Below the pieces are notes generated by a model that saw only the letters and a program-made list of their open reading frames with translations, had not been told where the DNA came from and did no database searches. Shown here in pieces: positions 29,901 to 38,894 of a stretch of DNA of 64,000 nt; positions within the stretch are counted from its first letter, which is position 1; each line of letters starts with the position of its first letter. A program made the translations under genes and the position numbers. Origin of the DNA: Candidatus Marinacidobacterium sp. (GTDB lineage: Bacteria > Acidobacteriota > Vicinamibacteria > Marinacidobacterales > Marinacidobacteraceae); the NCBI GenBank assembly GCA_965220965.1, contig OZ244852.1, positions 96,001-160,000 of the forward strand, written 5' to 3'.

Positions 29901-30064
29901 GCCGAGGACCGGACCTCCGGGATCATCTCCTGCGGGACGCCGCGGATGGTGAGCAGTCCGCCCAGGAAGATCCCGACGAGCAGCAGGTTCGCCGCCACCC
30001 GGTTCCGGACGAACCAGGGGATGACTCCCCGCGGCGCCGGGTCGGTTCCCGTCGGCGGGGACAC
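26840..30064 (-). CDS. RND efflux permease (AcrB/AcrD/AcrF family)
   Basis: NRVAANLL, LGIVVDDAIVVGEN, GIVVNDALVL, RFRPVLLTTVTT; start approximate. Confidence 0.9.
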   Translation of the reverse strand: MSPPTGTDPAPRGVIPWFVRNRVAANLLLVGIFLGGLLTIRGVPQEMIPEVRSSALLVRTVVPGASAEVIEEAVLTALEEAVRDVSGIEETTAVATDGLGLFTVAVESWADFRSVSDDVRERVESLTTLPGDAEDPVISEIAVDRLLLRIAVHGAADERSLTEAARRARDELAQVAGVSAVEVASGRDYEVAIEVSSDALTRFGLTFDQVAAAVRRQSMDIPGGSVRTPTAEVRLRADAEASNAREFERIPLIAAPGGGAVTLGDVGVVTDGFADVRRSARMNGEPAIFLEVLQAPGARLLETAEAVHAEVRRISAALPEAISATPWYDAWELYESRMSVLVRNGLQGLALIFLVLFLALSSRVAVWTAAGLPVAFFGAFLLMPGLGVTLNMISLFGFILTLGIVVDDAIVVGENIERRMAGAADRVGAAVLGARQVLFPAAFGVLTTMAAFLPLLGLPGVWGELMGNLPRIVLPVLAFSLLDAAWILPHHLVHGGIRIRPSRILARIRGGVQRALEATIRRAYRPALGWALRNRLATIALGIFWVALAAGLVRGGWVPVEMTPPFDSDIVTVQVSLPAGSPFEATRDVVRELEAAAEDIREDIRRDQGVDPMRYIATLSGQQLSHGPGGPVGGSAAMASTAAGQLLVALVPAEEQSGFSARSVADRLRERARDLPHGAEVTIVNSILGQEADVSLRLRGDRMDQLREAADALQATLAGFQGVTAVWDDLEGLAPELVARVRPGGAGTGIGAVDFGRQLRQTVYGEEVQRIQRGRDEVRVMLRAPAGERSSSEAIRDMLVRRPDGGVAPLEEVASVSPESGLAVVRRVDGRRAVTVHAAVNPELASSGALLSRLQAGTFEDLEARFPGVRVEVAGLAGDQADTLAALGQHLILAVILIYALLAIPLSSWTQPFVILAAVPFGMAGAVLGHLLLGVKLSMPSFFGIVPLTGIVVNDALVLLHFINANRRGGMPAREAILAAGPLRFRPVLLTTVTTCAGLAPLLAERSAQAQFLIPMAASLAFGVAFATMITLFLVPVLTSLLHEARDGRRSVSGALASSGVPGSARAAPRPDAG

Positions 30065-30066
30065 GG

Positions 30067-31218
30067 TCAGGGGCGAGGTCCGCCGCCTGACGCGACCCGG
30101 ACCGCCATGCCCTCCGCGACGACCGCCGGAGGCCGAACCACGACGCGGTCTCCGTCTGCGAGCCCGGATCGGACGAGGATCTCGTCCTCGCCCTCGGACC
30201 AGAAGGCGTCCACCGCGCGGATCCGGATCCGGTCCTCTCCGTCCACGACCAGCACCCGCCCGTCCTCGCGGAACGCGCTTCGTGGGACCGCGCCAACCCC
30301 GCGAAACAGCCGCCCTTCGATCTCGACGCCAACGAAGAGGCCGGCCACCAGCGGCGGCGCTCCCGGGCCGCCGGCCGCGACCTCCACGACCCCGGCGAAG
30401 AACCGGGTGGCGGGGTCCATCCGGCCCTCCATACGGGTCAGCCTTCCTTCCCAGGTCCACCCGGTGGCCCCGTCGGCGCCGAGCGCCGCGGTCACCCGCG
30501 CGGGGGGCGCCTGCCCGGCCGCTCCTGCGAACGGAAGGTCCACGACTTCGAGCGCCGTATCGGGGATGGACACCCGCACTTCCGCCCGGTCGAGCGACAA
30601 CAGCTCCACCAGCGGCGCGCCCGGCGCGGCCCACTCGCCGACCTCGGCCCAGCGGGAAGCGACGATCCCGGCGTGCGGCGCCCGGACCGAGGCGTTCTCC
30701 AGATCCCGTTCGGCGCGCCGGAGCGCCGCCCGGGCGGCCCGTTCGGCCGCCAGCGCCGCTGCGAGCTGCGGTTCGCGGAGGGCCAGGGGGGCGGGTGTTT
30801 CCCCCTCGGCCGCCCATTCCTCCTGCGCCAGGGCGGCGGCGGCTTCCTCGACGCCGACCTGCAGCTCGGACTGCGCGAGCCGGCTTGCGGCCTCCGCGAC
30901 CGCGGACTCGTAGGCCAGGGTCTCGATCCGGAACAGTTCGTCGCCCGCCGCGACGCGGACGCCCTCCCGGAGGCCCTCGGCCGCCCAGACGACCTGCCCG
31001 GCCACCTGCGCCGCCACGGTCGTAGCCCGCGCCGGACGCACCACGCCGTCGACGCGGACCACCACCCGCCGGTCCTCGAGGCGGACCGGGCGCACCTCGA
31101 CTTCCGGCGGAAGGCGCGTCACTTCCTGGACCGCGGGCTCCGGACCGAGCGCGACCAGCAGCGCCGCGACCCCCCCGCCGACCAGCAGGATCGGGACGAA
31201 CAGAAAGCGGCGGAGCAT
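30067..31218 (-). CDS. RND efflux periplasmic adaptor subunit
   Basis: VAAQVAGQV, helical hairpin, VRAPHAGIV, GLADGDRVV. Confidence 0.9.
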   Translation of the reverse strand: MLRRFLFVPILLVGGGVAALLVALGPEPAVQEVTRLPPEVEVRPVRLEDRRVVVRVDGVVRPARATTVAAQVAGQVVWAAEGLREGVRVAAGDELFRIETLAYESAVAEAASRLAQSELQVGVEEAAAALAQEEWAAEGETPAPLALREPQLAAALAAERAARAALRRAERDLENASVRAPHAGIVASRWAEVGEWAAPGAPLVELLSLDRAEVRVSIPDTALEVVDLPFAGAAGQAPPARVTAALGADGATGWTWEGRLTRMEGRMDPATRFFAGVVEVAAGGPGAPPLVAGLFVGVEIEGRLFRGVGAVPRSAFREDGRVLVVDGEDRIRIRAVDAFWSEGEDEILVRSGLADGDRVVVRPPAVVAEGMAVRVASGGGPRP

Positions 31219-32708
31219 CAGCGGTGACCTCCCGCGGCGTCCGCGTCCGCTGGCCGGGACGGACGCTTGAAGCCGCCGCCGAGCGCCAGGAAGAGGTTCA
31301 CCCGGTTGTCGAGCCGGGCGCGGGCCTGCGACAGATCGGCCGACTCCGCCCGGATCGCCGCGGCTCGCGCATCCAGCACCGCGCGCCGCGTCGCGAGCCC
31401 CTCCCGCCAGCGGGCCGCGGTGCGCGCGACGATGAGGTCGGCGGCGGTTCGCGCCTCGCGGGCCCGGTCACCGGCCTCGCGCAGCGTCTCCTCGGCCGCC
31501 AGTCCGGCCTCCACTTCCTGATAGGCGGTCAGCACCGTCCGGGCGTAGACCGCGAGCGCCTCCTGATCGCGCGCCTCCTCATGACGGATCCGGGCGCGGA
31601 TCCGCCCGCCCTGGAACACCGGCGCCGCGATCCCGGCGATCAGACTCCACACCGAGAAGTCTCCGTCGACGAGCTGTCGCAGGCCGGCGGTCGCGGTCCC
31701 CGCCGAGGAGGTCAGGGCGAACTGCGGGTAGCGCGCCCGGCGGGCGATCGTCGTCAGCTCGCGCGAGGCAGCGAGACGCCGTTCCGCGCCAGCGACATCG
31801 GGGCGGCGCGCCACCAGGTCGGCGGGGACGCCGCCCGGCGCCGGGCCAAGGCTGTCCGGCAGCCCGGAACCGAGGTCCCAGCCCGGGCCGGGGACGCCAT
31901 CGGGGTAGTCGGTGAACAGTGTCTCGAGACTGCGCACCGAGGCCGCTCGCGCCTGCCGGCGGGCGGCAGCCACCGAGCGCGCCTCCGCCAGCCGCGCCTC
32001 GGCGGCGTCCACCTCGACGAGCGCCGCTTCCCCGATGCGCGCCCGGCGCCGAAGCCAGGCGGTGGTCTCCTCGAGGTTCGCGACCGCCGCCTCGGCGAGC
32101 CGCGCCTGTTCCTTCGCCTCGACCGCGAGGAAGTACAGCCGGGCGGCCTGCCCGGCTAGCGAGGCCCGGGCGCCCGCGACTTCGGCGACCGCCGCCCCGA
32201 ATCCGGCGCCGGCGGCCCGCGCCCGGGGGGCGGCGTCCCGCCACAGGTTCGCCTCCCAGGACAGATCGAGCGAGAGCCCGTACTGGACGTATTCGGCGGT
32301 CAGCACTTCGTCCTCCCCGATCCCGGGGATCGGCAAGCCGATGAAGTTGCGGCGCTCCGCCAGCCGGTTCGCTCCGACGCCGACCTGCGGCCAGAGCGCG
32401 CTCTCCGCCACTCCGGCGTCCGCCGCCGCCTGGGCGAGCCGCGCCGCCGCTTCGGCGAGCGTCAGGTTCCCGGCGAGGGCCCGCTCGACGACGGCGTCGA
32501 GTGCGGGATCCCCGAACGAGGTCCACCACGAGGACAGGGGCCCGGCCGCCGGAGGAGGGGCCCCCTCCGAGGGAGCGAAATCGAGATCGGGTTCGGCGAC
32601 CTCCGGCGCTCGCACCCCGGCGCACCCGGCGGCAAGCAGCGCGACGAGGAGAAGCGAGCTGACTCCCCCCGGGACGCCGGAGCCACGGCGCGGTTCGCTG
32701 ACCGCCAC
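31218..32708 (-). CDS. RND outer-membrane factor lipoprotein (OprM/NodT family)
   Basis: Lipobox AAGC; WWTSFGDPALD, RRPDV..AERRL, LFLALGGG; start approximate. Confidence 0.88.
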   Translation of the reverse strand: MAVSEPRRGSGVPGGVSSLLLVALLAAGCAGVRAPEVAEPDLDFAPSEGAPPPAAGPLSSWWTSFGDPALDAVVERALAGNLTLAEAAARLAQAAADAGVAESALWPQVGVGANRLAERRNFIGLPIPGIGEDEVLTAEYVQYGLSLDLSWEANLWRDAAPRARAAGAGFGAAVAEVAGARASLAGQAARLYFLAVEAKEQARLAEAAVANLEETTAWLRRRARIGEAALVEVDAAEARLAEARSVAAARRQARAASVRSLETLFTDYPDGVPGPGWDLGSGLPDSLGPAPGGVPADLVARRPDVAGAERRLAASRELTTIARRARYPQFALTSSAGTATAGLRQLVDGDFSVWSLIAGIAAPVFQGGRIRARIRHEEARDQEALAVYARTVLTAYQEVEAGLAAEETLREAGDRAREARTAADLIVARTAARWREGLATRRAVLDARAAAIRAESADLSQARARLDNRVNLFLALGGGFKRPSRPADADAAGGHR

Positions 32709-32840
32709 TCGCCTGCCCGGGCCTCCTGACCTCACGCCCCGATGGTACGTCGCGAGGGCGGCCCCCACCCTCCTGCGCGGACCCGCCACCCCGGGCGACG
32801 AACCGCCCCCGGCGGCAGGGGTATCCCGATGTTGTTACGC

Positions 32841-32862
32841 TCTTGAGTAAAATTACTCAAGA
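32841..32862. promoter_or_regulatory. AT-rich perfect palindrome TCTTGAGTAA-AA-TTACTCAAGA (candidate operator)
   Basis: 10-bp perfect inverted repeat ending 10 bp before ATG 32873, in otherwise GC-rich DNA. Confidence 0.55.
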
Positions 32863-32872
32863 AATTAAGTCC

Positions 32873-34144
32873 ATGACTCCGCAGTTCGAACGAGCTCAGG
32901 TCGCCGCCCTCCTGGGACTCCTCGCTAAGCCGCCTCGCACGATTCTGGCGCTGTTCGGACCTCGGCAGTGCGGGAAGACGACCGCGATCAGGCAGGTTCT
33001 GCGGCGCGTTCCACTTCCGGGTCGTTACTGGACCACGGATCCGCAGGACTCCGCCCCCAGCGCGGTCAACGGCCGGGAGGCGGAGCCGTCCCGACCGTCC
33101 CGACATCCGCCGGACTGGAGCTGGGTCCTCCACCGGTGGCGCGAGGCGCGCGCCGAGGCGCGGCGACTGGCTCGGAACGGCTCGGGTCCGTTCGTCCTCG
33201 TGTTCGACGAGATTCAGGCCGTGCCGCAGTGGTCTTCGATCGTCAAGGGACTGTGGGACCAGGACCGGATGGACGGGCTCCCCCTTCACGTCGTGATCCT
33301 CTGTTCCGCACCGATGGCCGTCCAGTCCGGTCTTCGCGAGAGCCTCGCCGGCAGGTTCGACCCGGTGCTCTTTCACCACTGGTCCTTCGGCGAGATGCGC
33401 GAGGCCTTCGGCTTCGACCTCGACACCTGGCTCTATTTCGGCGGTTACCCGGGCGCCGCCCACCTCGCGCAGGAGGGAGACGAGGCCCGATGGTCTTCCT
33501 GGGTCCAGTGGAACTCCATCGAGCCCACGTTCGAACGCGATGTGCTCGCGATGACCCGCGTGGACAAGCCGGTCCTGATGCGCGGCCTGTTCGAAGTCGC
33601 CACCCGCTACTCCGGCCGGGTCCTCTCGATGAACAAGGCGCTCGGCCAGCTCACCGACGCCGGCAACACGACCACGCTCAGCCGCTACCTCCACCTGCTG
33701 GAGGCGGTGGGGATGGTCGCCGGACTCCCGAAGTACACGGGATCCTTCCACTGGAAGCGGTTCCCTCCGAAGCTGAACGTGCTGAACACCGCGCTCATGA
33801 CCGCCGCTTCCGGATACTCGTTCGCCGAAGCTCGCGCCGACCGGACGTTCCGCGGCCGGCTGGTCGAGACGGCCGTGGGCGCCCACCTCTACCAGACGAT
33901 GCACCCGGCGGCGCGGCTTCACTACTGGCGCGAGGGTCACCAGGGAGTTGACCTCGTGCTGGAGCGCGGGCCCCATCTGCTGGCCATCGAGGTCAAGGGC
34001 GGCCCCTACCGTGAATCTCCTCGCGGCCGGGACGCGTTTTGCCAAAGGTTCCCCGGGGCCCGCTCGCTCCTGGTGGGGGAGGGGGGCGCGCCTCTCGACA
34101 GATTCCTTTCGGCGCCTGCGGAACACTGGTTGACGGGCGAGTGA
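32873..34144 (+). CDS. AAA_14 ATPase with DUF4143 (PD-(D/E)xK-like) C-terminus
   Basis: GPRQCGKTT Walker A, VFDEIQ Walker B, ESLAGRF, GGYP, YWREG..VD.V...IEVK. Confidence 0.88.
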   Translation: MTPQFERAQVAALLGLLAKPPRTILALFGPRQCGKTTAIRQVLRRVPLPGRYWTTDPQDSAPSAVNGREAEPSRPSRHPPDWSWVLHRWREARAEARRLARNGSGPFVLVFDEIQAVPQWSSIVKGLWDQDRMDGLPLHVVILCSAPMAVQSGLRESLAGRFDPVLFHHWSFGEMREAFGFDLDTWLYFGGYPGAAHLAQEGDEARWSSWVQWNSIEPTFERDVLAMTRVDKPVLMRGLFEVATRYSGRVLSMNKALGQLTDAGNTTTLSRYLHLLEAVGMVAGLPKYTGSFHWKRFPPKLNVLNTALMTAASGYSFAEARADRTFRGRLVETAVGAHLYQTMHPAARLHYWREGHQGVDLVLERGPHLLAIEVKGGPYRESPRGRDAFCQRFPGARSLLVGEGGAPLDRFLSAPAEHWLTGE

Positions 34145-34179
34145 GCGGAGAGCTCGACTCCCTCCCCGGCTCGCGCGCC

Positions 34180-36432
34180 TCAGGGATCCGGGTGGATCGT
34201 CGTTCGGCGCGCCACCACCGGGTCCTCGAGGAGGCGCAGCAGGCCGCGGCGCAGGATCCGGTGCGCTTGCGGCGGGGCCTTGAGCACCAGCCGGCGGCGA
34301 TGGACCCGGCGTCCGGGCGCCGGGGGCGCGGGCGCCGGGCCGAGGACCTCGACGCCCCGGTCGGCGAACCGGTCCGCCAGGAACCGGGCGAGGTCGCGGG
34401 CGTCCTCGTCGGCGGCGGCGAGGGTGGGGGCGGTCGTGGTGATGAACGTGAGGCGCACGAAGGGCGGATACCCGAGCCGCTCGCGTAGCGCCAGCTCGGT
34501 GGTCGCGAACTTCCGGTAGTCCTGGCTCGCCGCCGCCGCCACCGCGTAGTGCTCGGGGTTCAGCGTCTGGACGATCGCCCGTCCCGGCGTCCGGCCGCGG
34601 CCGGCCCGGCCCGCGACCTGGGTCAGCAACTGGAAGGTCCGCTCCGCCGCCCGGAAGTCCGGGATGCCGAGGCCGGCGTCGGCGGCGACGACGCCGACGA
34701 GCGCGACGCCAGGGAAGTCGAGGCCCTTCGCGATCATCTGCGTTCCCACGAGCACGCCGATCTCGCGGCGCCGGAAGGCGTCGAGCATCCGGGCGCGCTC
34801 CCCCACCGCCCGGGTCGTGTCCCGGTCGAATCGCTCCACCGCGACCCCGGGCAACAGTCCGGCCACCGCCTCGTGCAGCTTCTCGGTCCCGATGCCCTCG
34901 GCCCGGAGCACATCGCCGCCGCACTCGGGGCAGGTCTCGGGGGTGGCGGCGCCCCGACCGCAGCCGTGGCAGACCGCCAGATGGCCCCGGCGGTGAAGCG
35001 TGAGGGGCAGGGCGCACCGCTCGCACTCCGCCACTTCGCCGCACCGCAGGCAGAGCACCCGCGCCCGGTAGCCCCGCCGGTTCAGCAGGACGAGCGCCTG
35101 CTGTCCCGCCGCCGCGGTCGTCCGCAGCGCCGCTTCCAGGCCGCGCGAGAGCACGAGCGGCCCGGGGACGCGCCGCTCGCGGGCGTGCTCGCGCAGCAGG
35201 GGCCGCATGTCCACGAGGTCCACCTCGGCCAGCTCCCGCGCCCCGATCCGCCGGTCCAGCGAGAGTCGGGTCAGCGCGCCCGCCGCCGCCCGGTCCGCTT
35301 CGAGCGAAGGGGTCGCCGACCCCAGCAGGAGCGCGGCGCCCGCCTCCCGGGCCCGGAGCCACGCCGCCCGGCGGGCGTGGTAGCGAGGCGCCTCCTCCTG
35401 GGCGTAGGCCGCGTCGTGCTCCTCGTCCACGACCACGATCCCGAGGTTCCGGACCGGCGCGAACACCGCGGACCGGGCGCCGAGCACGACGCGCGCCTCG
35501 CCTCGGCGGACCCGCCAGAACGCCTCGCGCCGCTGGCCGCCGCTCAGGCCGCTGTGAAAGACGGCGAGTTCCCGACCGAACCGCGCCCGCGCCACCCGCT
35601 CCATCTGAAAGGCGAGCGCGATCTCCGGGACCAGCACCAGGGCGCCCCGGCCCTGTTCGAGCGCAGCCGCCACCGCGTCGAGGTAGACCTCGGTCTTCCC
35701 GCTGCCGGTCACCCCGTGGAGCAGGAACCCGCGGAAGACCCTCGCGTCCAGCGCTTCCCGCACCTCCGCGGCCGCCTTCGCCTGCGCCTCGGTGAGCTCC
35801 GGGGCCGCCGAGCGCTCCGGACCAGCGCCCGAGTCCTCTGGATCCGGGGCAACCCGCCGCCGCGCGGTCCGCAGGAGACCCTCCCGCTCGAGCCGGGCAA
35901 AGCTGCGTCCCGGCGACAGCTCGAGCTCCCGGCGGATCCGCACCAGCGGAACGTCCCCCCGGCCGACGGCGAGCAGCGTCAGGATGCGGCGGTCATCGGT
36001 GGACAGCCTCGGCGCCGCCTCATCCGCCCCGCCGAGCCGGGCGGTTCCTTCCGCGGTGATCCCGGCGCACAGCAGTTCCCGCCCCTGCGAGGTTCCGGGC
36101 GGCGTCATCGCCTGGAGCACGATCCCCAGCGGACAGACGGTCTGGTCGGCCAGCCGCCTGGCGAGGGCGACGAGTTCGGGGGGCAGCGCCGGCAGCGGAT
36201 CCGCCGGGCGGTCGAGGACGGCCTTCAGCCGCGAGTCCGCGATCGTCTTCGCTCCCTCCCCGACGACGACGCCGGGAAGGCGCGTCCTCCCGAAGGGGAC
36301 CTCCACGCGCGTCCCCACCGGCAGCGTCGTCTCCCCGGGGACGAGGATCCGCTCGGGGACGGCGTAGGTGAACGTTCCCGGCGCCGGCCGCGCGACCGCC
36401 ACCTCGACGCGCGCCGACGAGTCGCCGTTCAC
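34180..36432 (-). CDS. priA: primosomal protein N'
   Basis: HGVTGSGKTEVY, DEEH, SATPS, LNRRGY, Cys-rich Zn region, GTQMIAKGLDF, QVAGRAGR; GTG overlaps the udg stop. Confidence 0.95.
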   Translation of the reverse strand: MNGDSSARVEVAVARPAPGTFTYAVPERILVPGETTLPVGTRVEVPFGRTRLPGVVVGEGAKTIADSRLKAVLDRPADPLPALPPELVALARRLADQTVCPLGIVLQAMTPPGTSQGRELLCAGITAEGTARLGGADEAAPRLSTDDRRILTLLAVGRGDVPLVRIRRELELSPGRSFARLEREGLLRTARRRVAPDPEDSGAGPERSAAPELTEAQAKAAAEVREALDARVFRGFLLHGVTGSGKTEVYLDAVAAALEQGRGALVLVPEIALAFQMERVARARFGRELAVFHSGLSGGQRREAFWRVRRGEARVVLGARSAVFAPVRNLGIVVVDEEHDAAYAQEEAPRYHARRAAWLRAREAGAALLLGSATPSLEADRAAAGALTRLSLDRRIGARELAEVDLVDMRPLLREHARERRVPGPLVLSRGLEAALRTTAAAGQQALVLLNRRGYRARVLCLRCGEVAECERCALPLTLHRRGHLAVCHGCGRGAATPETCPECGGDVLRAEGIGTEKLHEAVAGLLPGVAVERFDRDTTRAVGERARMLDAFRRREIGVLVGTQMIAKGLDFPGVALVGVVAADAGLGIPDFRAAERTFQLLTQVAGRAGRGRTPGRAIVQTLNPEHYAVAAAASQDYRKFATTELALRERLGYPPFVRLTFITTTAPTLAAADEDARDLARFLADRFADRGVEVLGPAPAPPAPGRRVHRRRLVLKAPPQAHRILRRGLLRLLEDPVVARRTTIHPDP

Positions 36433-37124
36433 CCTTCGGCGTCGGTGACGAAGCCGTAGGCCAGCCGCAGGTCCTCCGTCACCCGCCCCATCTGTCGCTC
36501 GAGGCCGTCGCCCGAGAGCCGCAGCAGATAGGCCGGGTGGTAGGTCGGGACGACCGGCGTCCCGGCGAACCGCTTCACCGTTCCCCGGACCGCCCCGATC
36601 CCGCGCACGTCCGGGAACAGCGCCTGGACCGCCACCCGTCCGAGCAGGCACAGCGCCTTCGGCTTCACCGCCGCGATCTGCCGCTCGAGGAAGGGAAGGC
36701 AGGTCGCCACCTCGTCCGCCCTCGGATCCCGGTTCCCGGGCGGGCGGCACTTCACGATGTTCGCGATGTAGACCGCCTCCCGGGAAAGACCGAGCGCCTC
36801 ATCGAGGACCCGGTCGAGGAGCTTTCCGGCGCGTCCCACGAAGGGCTCGCCCCGCCGGTCCTCCTCGGCGCCCGGTCCCTCGCCGATGAACATCAGGTCG
36901 GCGTCGGGAGGACCCACGCCGAACACGATCGTCTGCCGGCCCTCCGACAGCCGGCAGCGGGTGCAGCCGTCGAGGTCGCTCTCGATCTCTGCGAGGGCCT
37001 TCGCGGCCGTGGGGTCTCGGGACGCGTCCGGAGGGTCGGCGGCCCCGCCTCCCGGAACGAAATCGGTGAACGAGCGCAGCAGCCGGAGGCGGGCCGCGAG
37101 CTGGGCGCGAGGCTCTTCGGCCAT
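36429..37124 (-). CDS. udg: uracil-DNA glycosylase family 4
   Basis: CTRCRL, GEGPG..ED..GEPFVGRAG, NIVKCRPPGNR, TYHPAYLLR. Confidence 0.92.
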   Translation of the reverse strand: MAEEPRAQLAARLRLLRSFTDFVPGGGAADPPDASRDPTAAKALAEIESDLDGCTRCRLSEGRQTIVFGVGPPDADLMFIGEGPGAEEDRRGEPFVGRAGKLLDRVLDEALGLSREAVYIANIVKCRPPGNRDPRADEVATCLPFLERQIAAVKPKALCLLGRVAVQALFPDVRGIGAVRGTVKRFAGTPVVPTYHPAYLLRLSGDGLERQMGRVTEDLRLAYGFVTDAEG

Positions 37125-37139
37125 CCCGACCGGGCCCGA

Positions 37140-38450
37140 TCAGGCGGAGCCGAGGCGGCGCGCCGCCACGCTCCAGACCGCGTTCGCCAGCGACCGTTTC
37201 GTCTCGGGCGGCCGCCGCTCCACCGCCGCCTTCGTGGTCCCGTTCGCCTCGACGAGCACCGCCTCGGTCTCGTCGCGGCCGAAGACGCGTCCCTCGCCCA
37301 CCCGGTTGCCCACGATCAGATCGCACTGCTTCGCGGCCAGCTTGCGCCGCGCCTCGGGGACCGGGTCGGCCGTCTCCGCGGCGAAGCCGATGAGCACCCG
37401 GGGTCCGGCGCCTTCCGACCGCGCCGCCCCGAGCTCGGCGAGGATGTCGGGGTTCGCCGTCAGCGTCAGGGCGGGCGGCGCGCCGTTCCCTTTCGGTTGC
37501 CGGAGGGCTTGCGACTTCAGCTTGTCGGGCGGCGCCGTCGCCGGCCGGAAGTCGCTCACCGCCGCCGCCATGACGACGACATCGGCCCCTCCGGCAGCCG
37601 CCGTCACCGCGTCGCGCATCTCGAGCGCGGTCTCCACCGGCGCGCGCCGGACGCCCTCGGGGGGATCCGCCTCGGTCGGGCCAAGCACCAGCGTCACGTC
37701 TGCGCCTCGTTCCCGGGCGGTCTCGGCGAGAGCGAAGCCCATGCGGCCCGAGGACCGGTTCGTCAGGTAGCGCACCGGATCGAGGGGTTCCCTGGTGGGC
37801 CCGGCGGCGACGACGACGCTCCGCCCGGCGAGATCCCGCGGCGGCGCGGCATCCGCTTCCGTCAGTCCCGTCGCCGCCTCGACCGCCGCGAGCAGGGTGT
37901 CCACATCGGGCAGCCGACCCGAACCGGTCCAGCCACAGGCCAACTCCCCGGAGGCGGGGTCCACCACCCGGACCCCGCGCGACGCGAGGGTCTTCAGGTG
38001 GGCGGCGGTCGCGGGGTGCTCCAGCATGTTGGGGTTCATCGCCGGCGACACCACGACCGGCGCCCGCACCGCCAGGTGGAAGGTCGTCAGGAAGTCGTCC
38101 GCGAGCCCGAGCGCCATCTTCGCGATGACGTTCGCGGTGGCCGGGGCCACCAGGAACACGTCGGTTTCCTCGGTGAGCGAGATGTGGCGGATCTCCCCGG
38201 GCGCCCCTCCGTCACCGGCGGCGCCGAAGAGTTCGCCCAGAACCGGCTCTTCGGACACCGTCTCGAGCGCCAGCGGGGCCACGAACTCCCGGGCGGCCCG
38301 GGTCAGGATCACCTGGACGCGCCACCCTCGCTTCTTCAGGGCGCGGACCAGTTCGGGGGCCTTGTAGGCCCCGATGCAGCCGCTGACTCCAAGGACGACC
38401 TTCTTCGTCCCGGTCTCCGCTTCCCGAATCCGGTCGTCGCCTGACGCCAT
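37140..38450 (-). CDS. coaBC: phosphopantothenoylcysteine decarboxylase/phosphopantothenate-cysteine ligase
   Basis: GCIGAYK, APATAN, PAMN, LACG, GPTREPLDPVRYLTNRSSGRMG, GFAAET. Confidence 0.95.
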   Translation of the reverse strand: MASGDDRIREAETGTKKVVLGVSGCIGAYKAPELVRALKKRGWRVQVILTRAAREFVAPLALETVSEEPVLGELFGAAGDGGAPGEIRHISLTEETDVFLVAPATANVIAKMALGLADDFLTTFHLAVRAPVVVSPAMNPNMLEHPATAAHLKTLASRGVRVVDPASGELACGWTGSGRLPDVDTLLAAVEAATGLTEADAAPPRDLAGRSVVVAAGPTREPLDPVRYLTNRSSGRMGFALAETARERGADVTLVLGPTEADPPEGVRRAPVETALEMRDAVTAAAGGADVVVMAAAVSDFRPATAPPDKLKSQALRQPKGNGAPPALTLTANPDILAELGAARSEGAGPRVLIGFAAETADPVPEARRKLAAKQCDLIVGNRVGEGRVFGRDETEAVLVEANGTTKAAVERRPPETKRSLANAVWSVAARRLGSA

Positions 38451-38484
38451 CCGCCAATCTTCGCACGCGCCGCAGCGCGTTCCT

Positions 38485-38778
38485 TTACTCCTCGCCGGCC
38501 GGGAGCGGGATGTTCCGCAGGTGGGACCCCGGCCGGAAACGCGCCATCCGGCCCGGCGGAATCGGGACCGCCGCTCCGGTTCGCGGGTTCCGCGCCATGC
38601 CCTGCTTCCTCGGAGTCACGAGGAACGACCCGAACCGGCGGATCACGACCCGGTCCTGCCGGAGCAGCGCGTCCGCCACCGCCCGGAACACCGACTCGAC
38701 GGCGAACTTGGCCTCCAGCCGGCTCATCCCGGTGCTCTCGCAAGTCCTTGAAATCAGATCTGCCTTGACCAGCGCCAT
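38485..38778 (-). CDS. HU/IHF family DNA-binding protein
   Basis: KADLI, FGSF, ARNPRTG, FRPG; GGAGG upstream of ATG 38778. Confidence 0.9.
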   Translation of the reverse strand: MALVKADLISRTCESTGMSRLEAKFAVESVFRAVADALLRQDRVVIRRFGSFLVTPRKQGMARNPRTGAAVPIPPGRMARFRPGSHLRNIPLPAGEE

Positions 38779-38894
38779 GCGACTCGCGAACCTCCAGCGG
38801 GGGCCGGCCATGGTACGCCACTCCGGACGCCGCGGCCTCGGCGGCTTGCGACTCTGCGGGCGCCCCGACCTGTCACGCCACAATTCCCGGCGCC

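Noticed and set aside
3426-30913. Very long extra ORFs (3426..6599, 5' part of 4712..9106, 11882..16069, 26936..30913 and similar)
   Set aside because: Antisense or off-frame shadows of recognisable genes in high-GC DNA; Arg/Gly/Pro-rich with no motifs.
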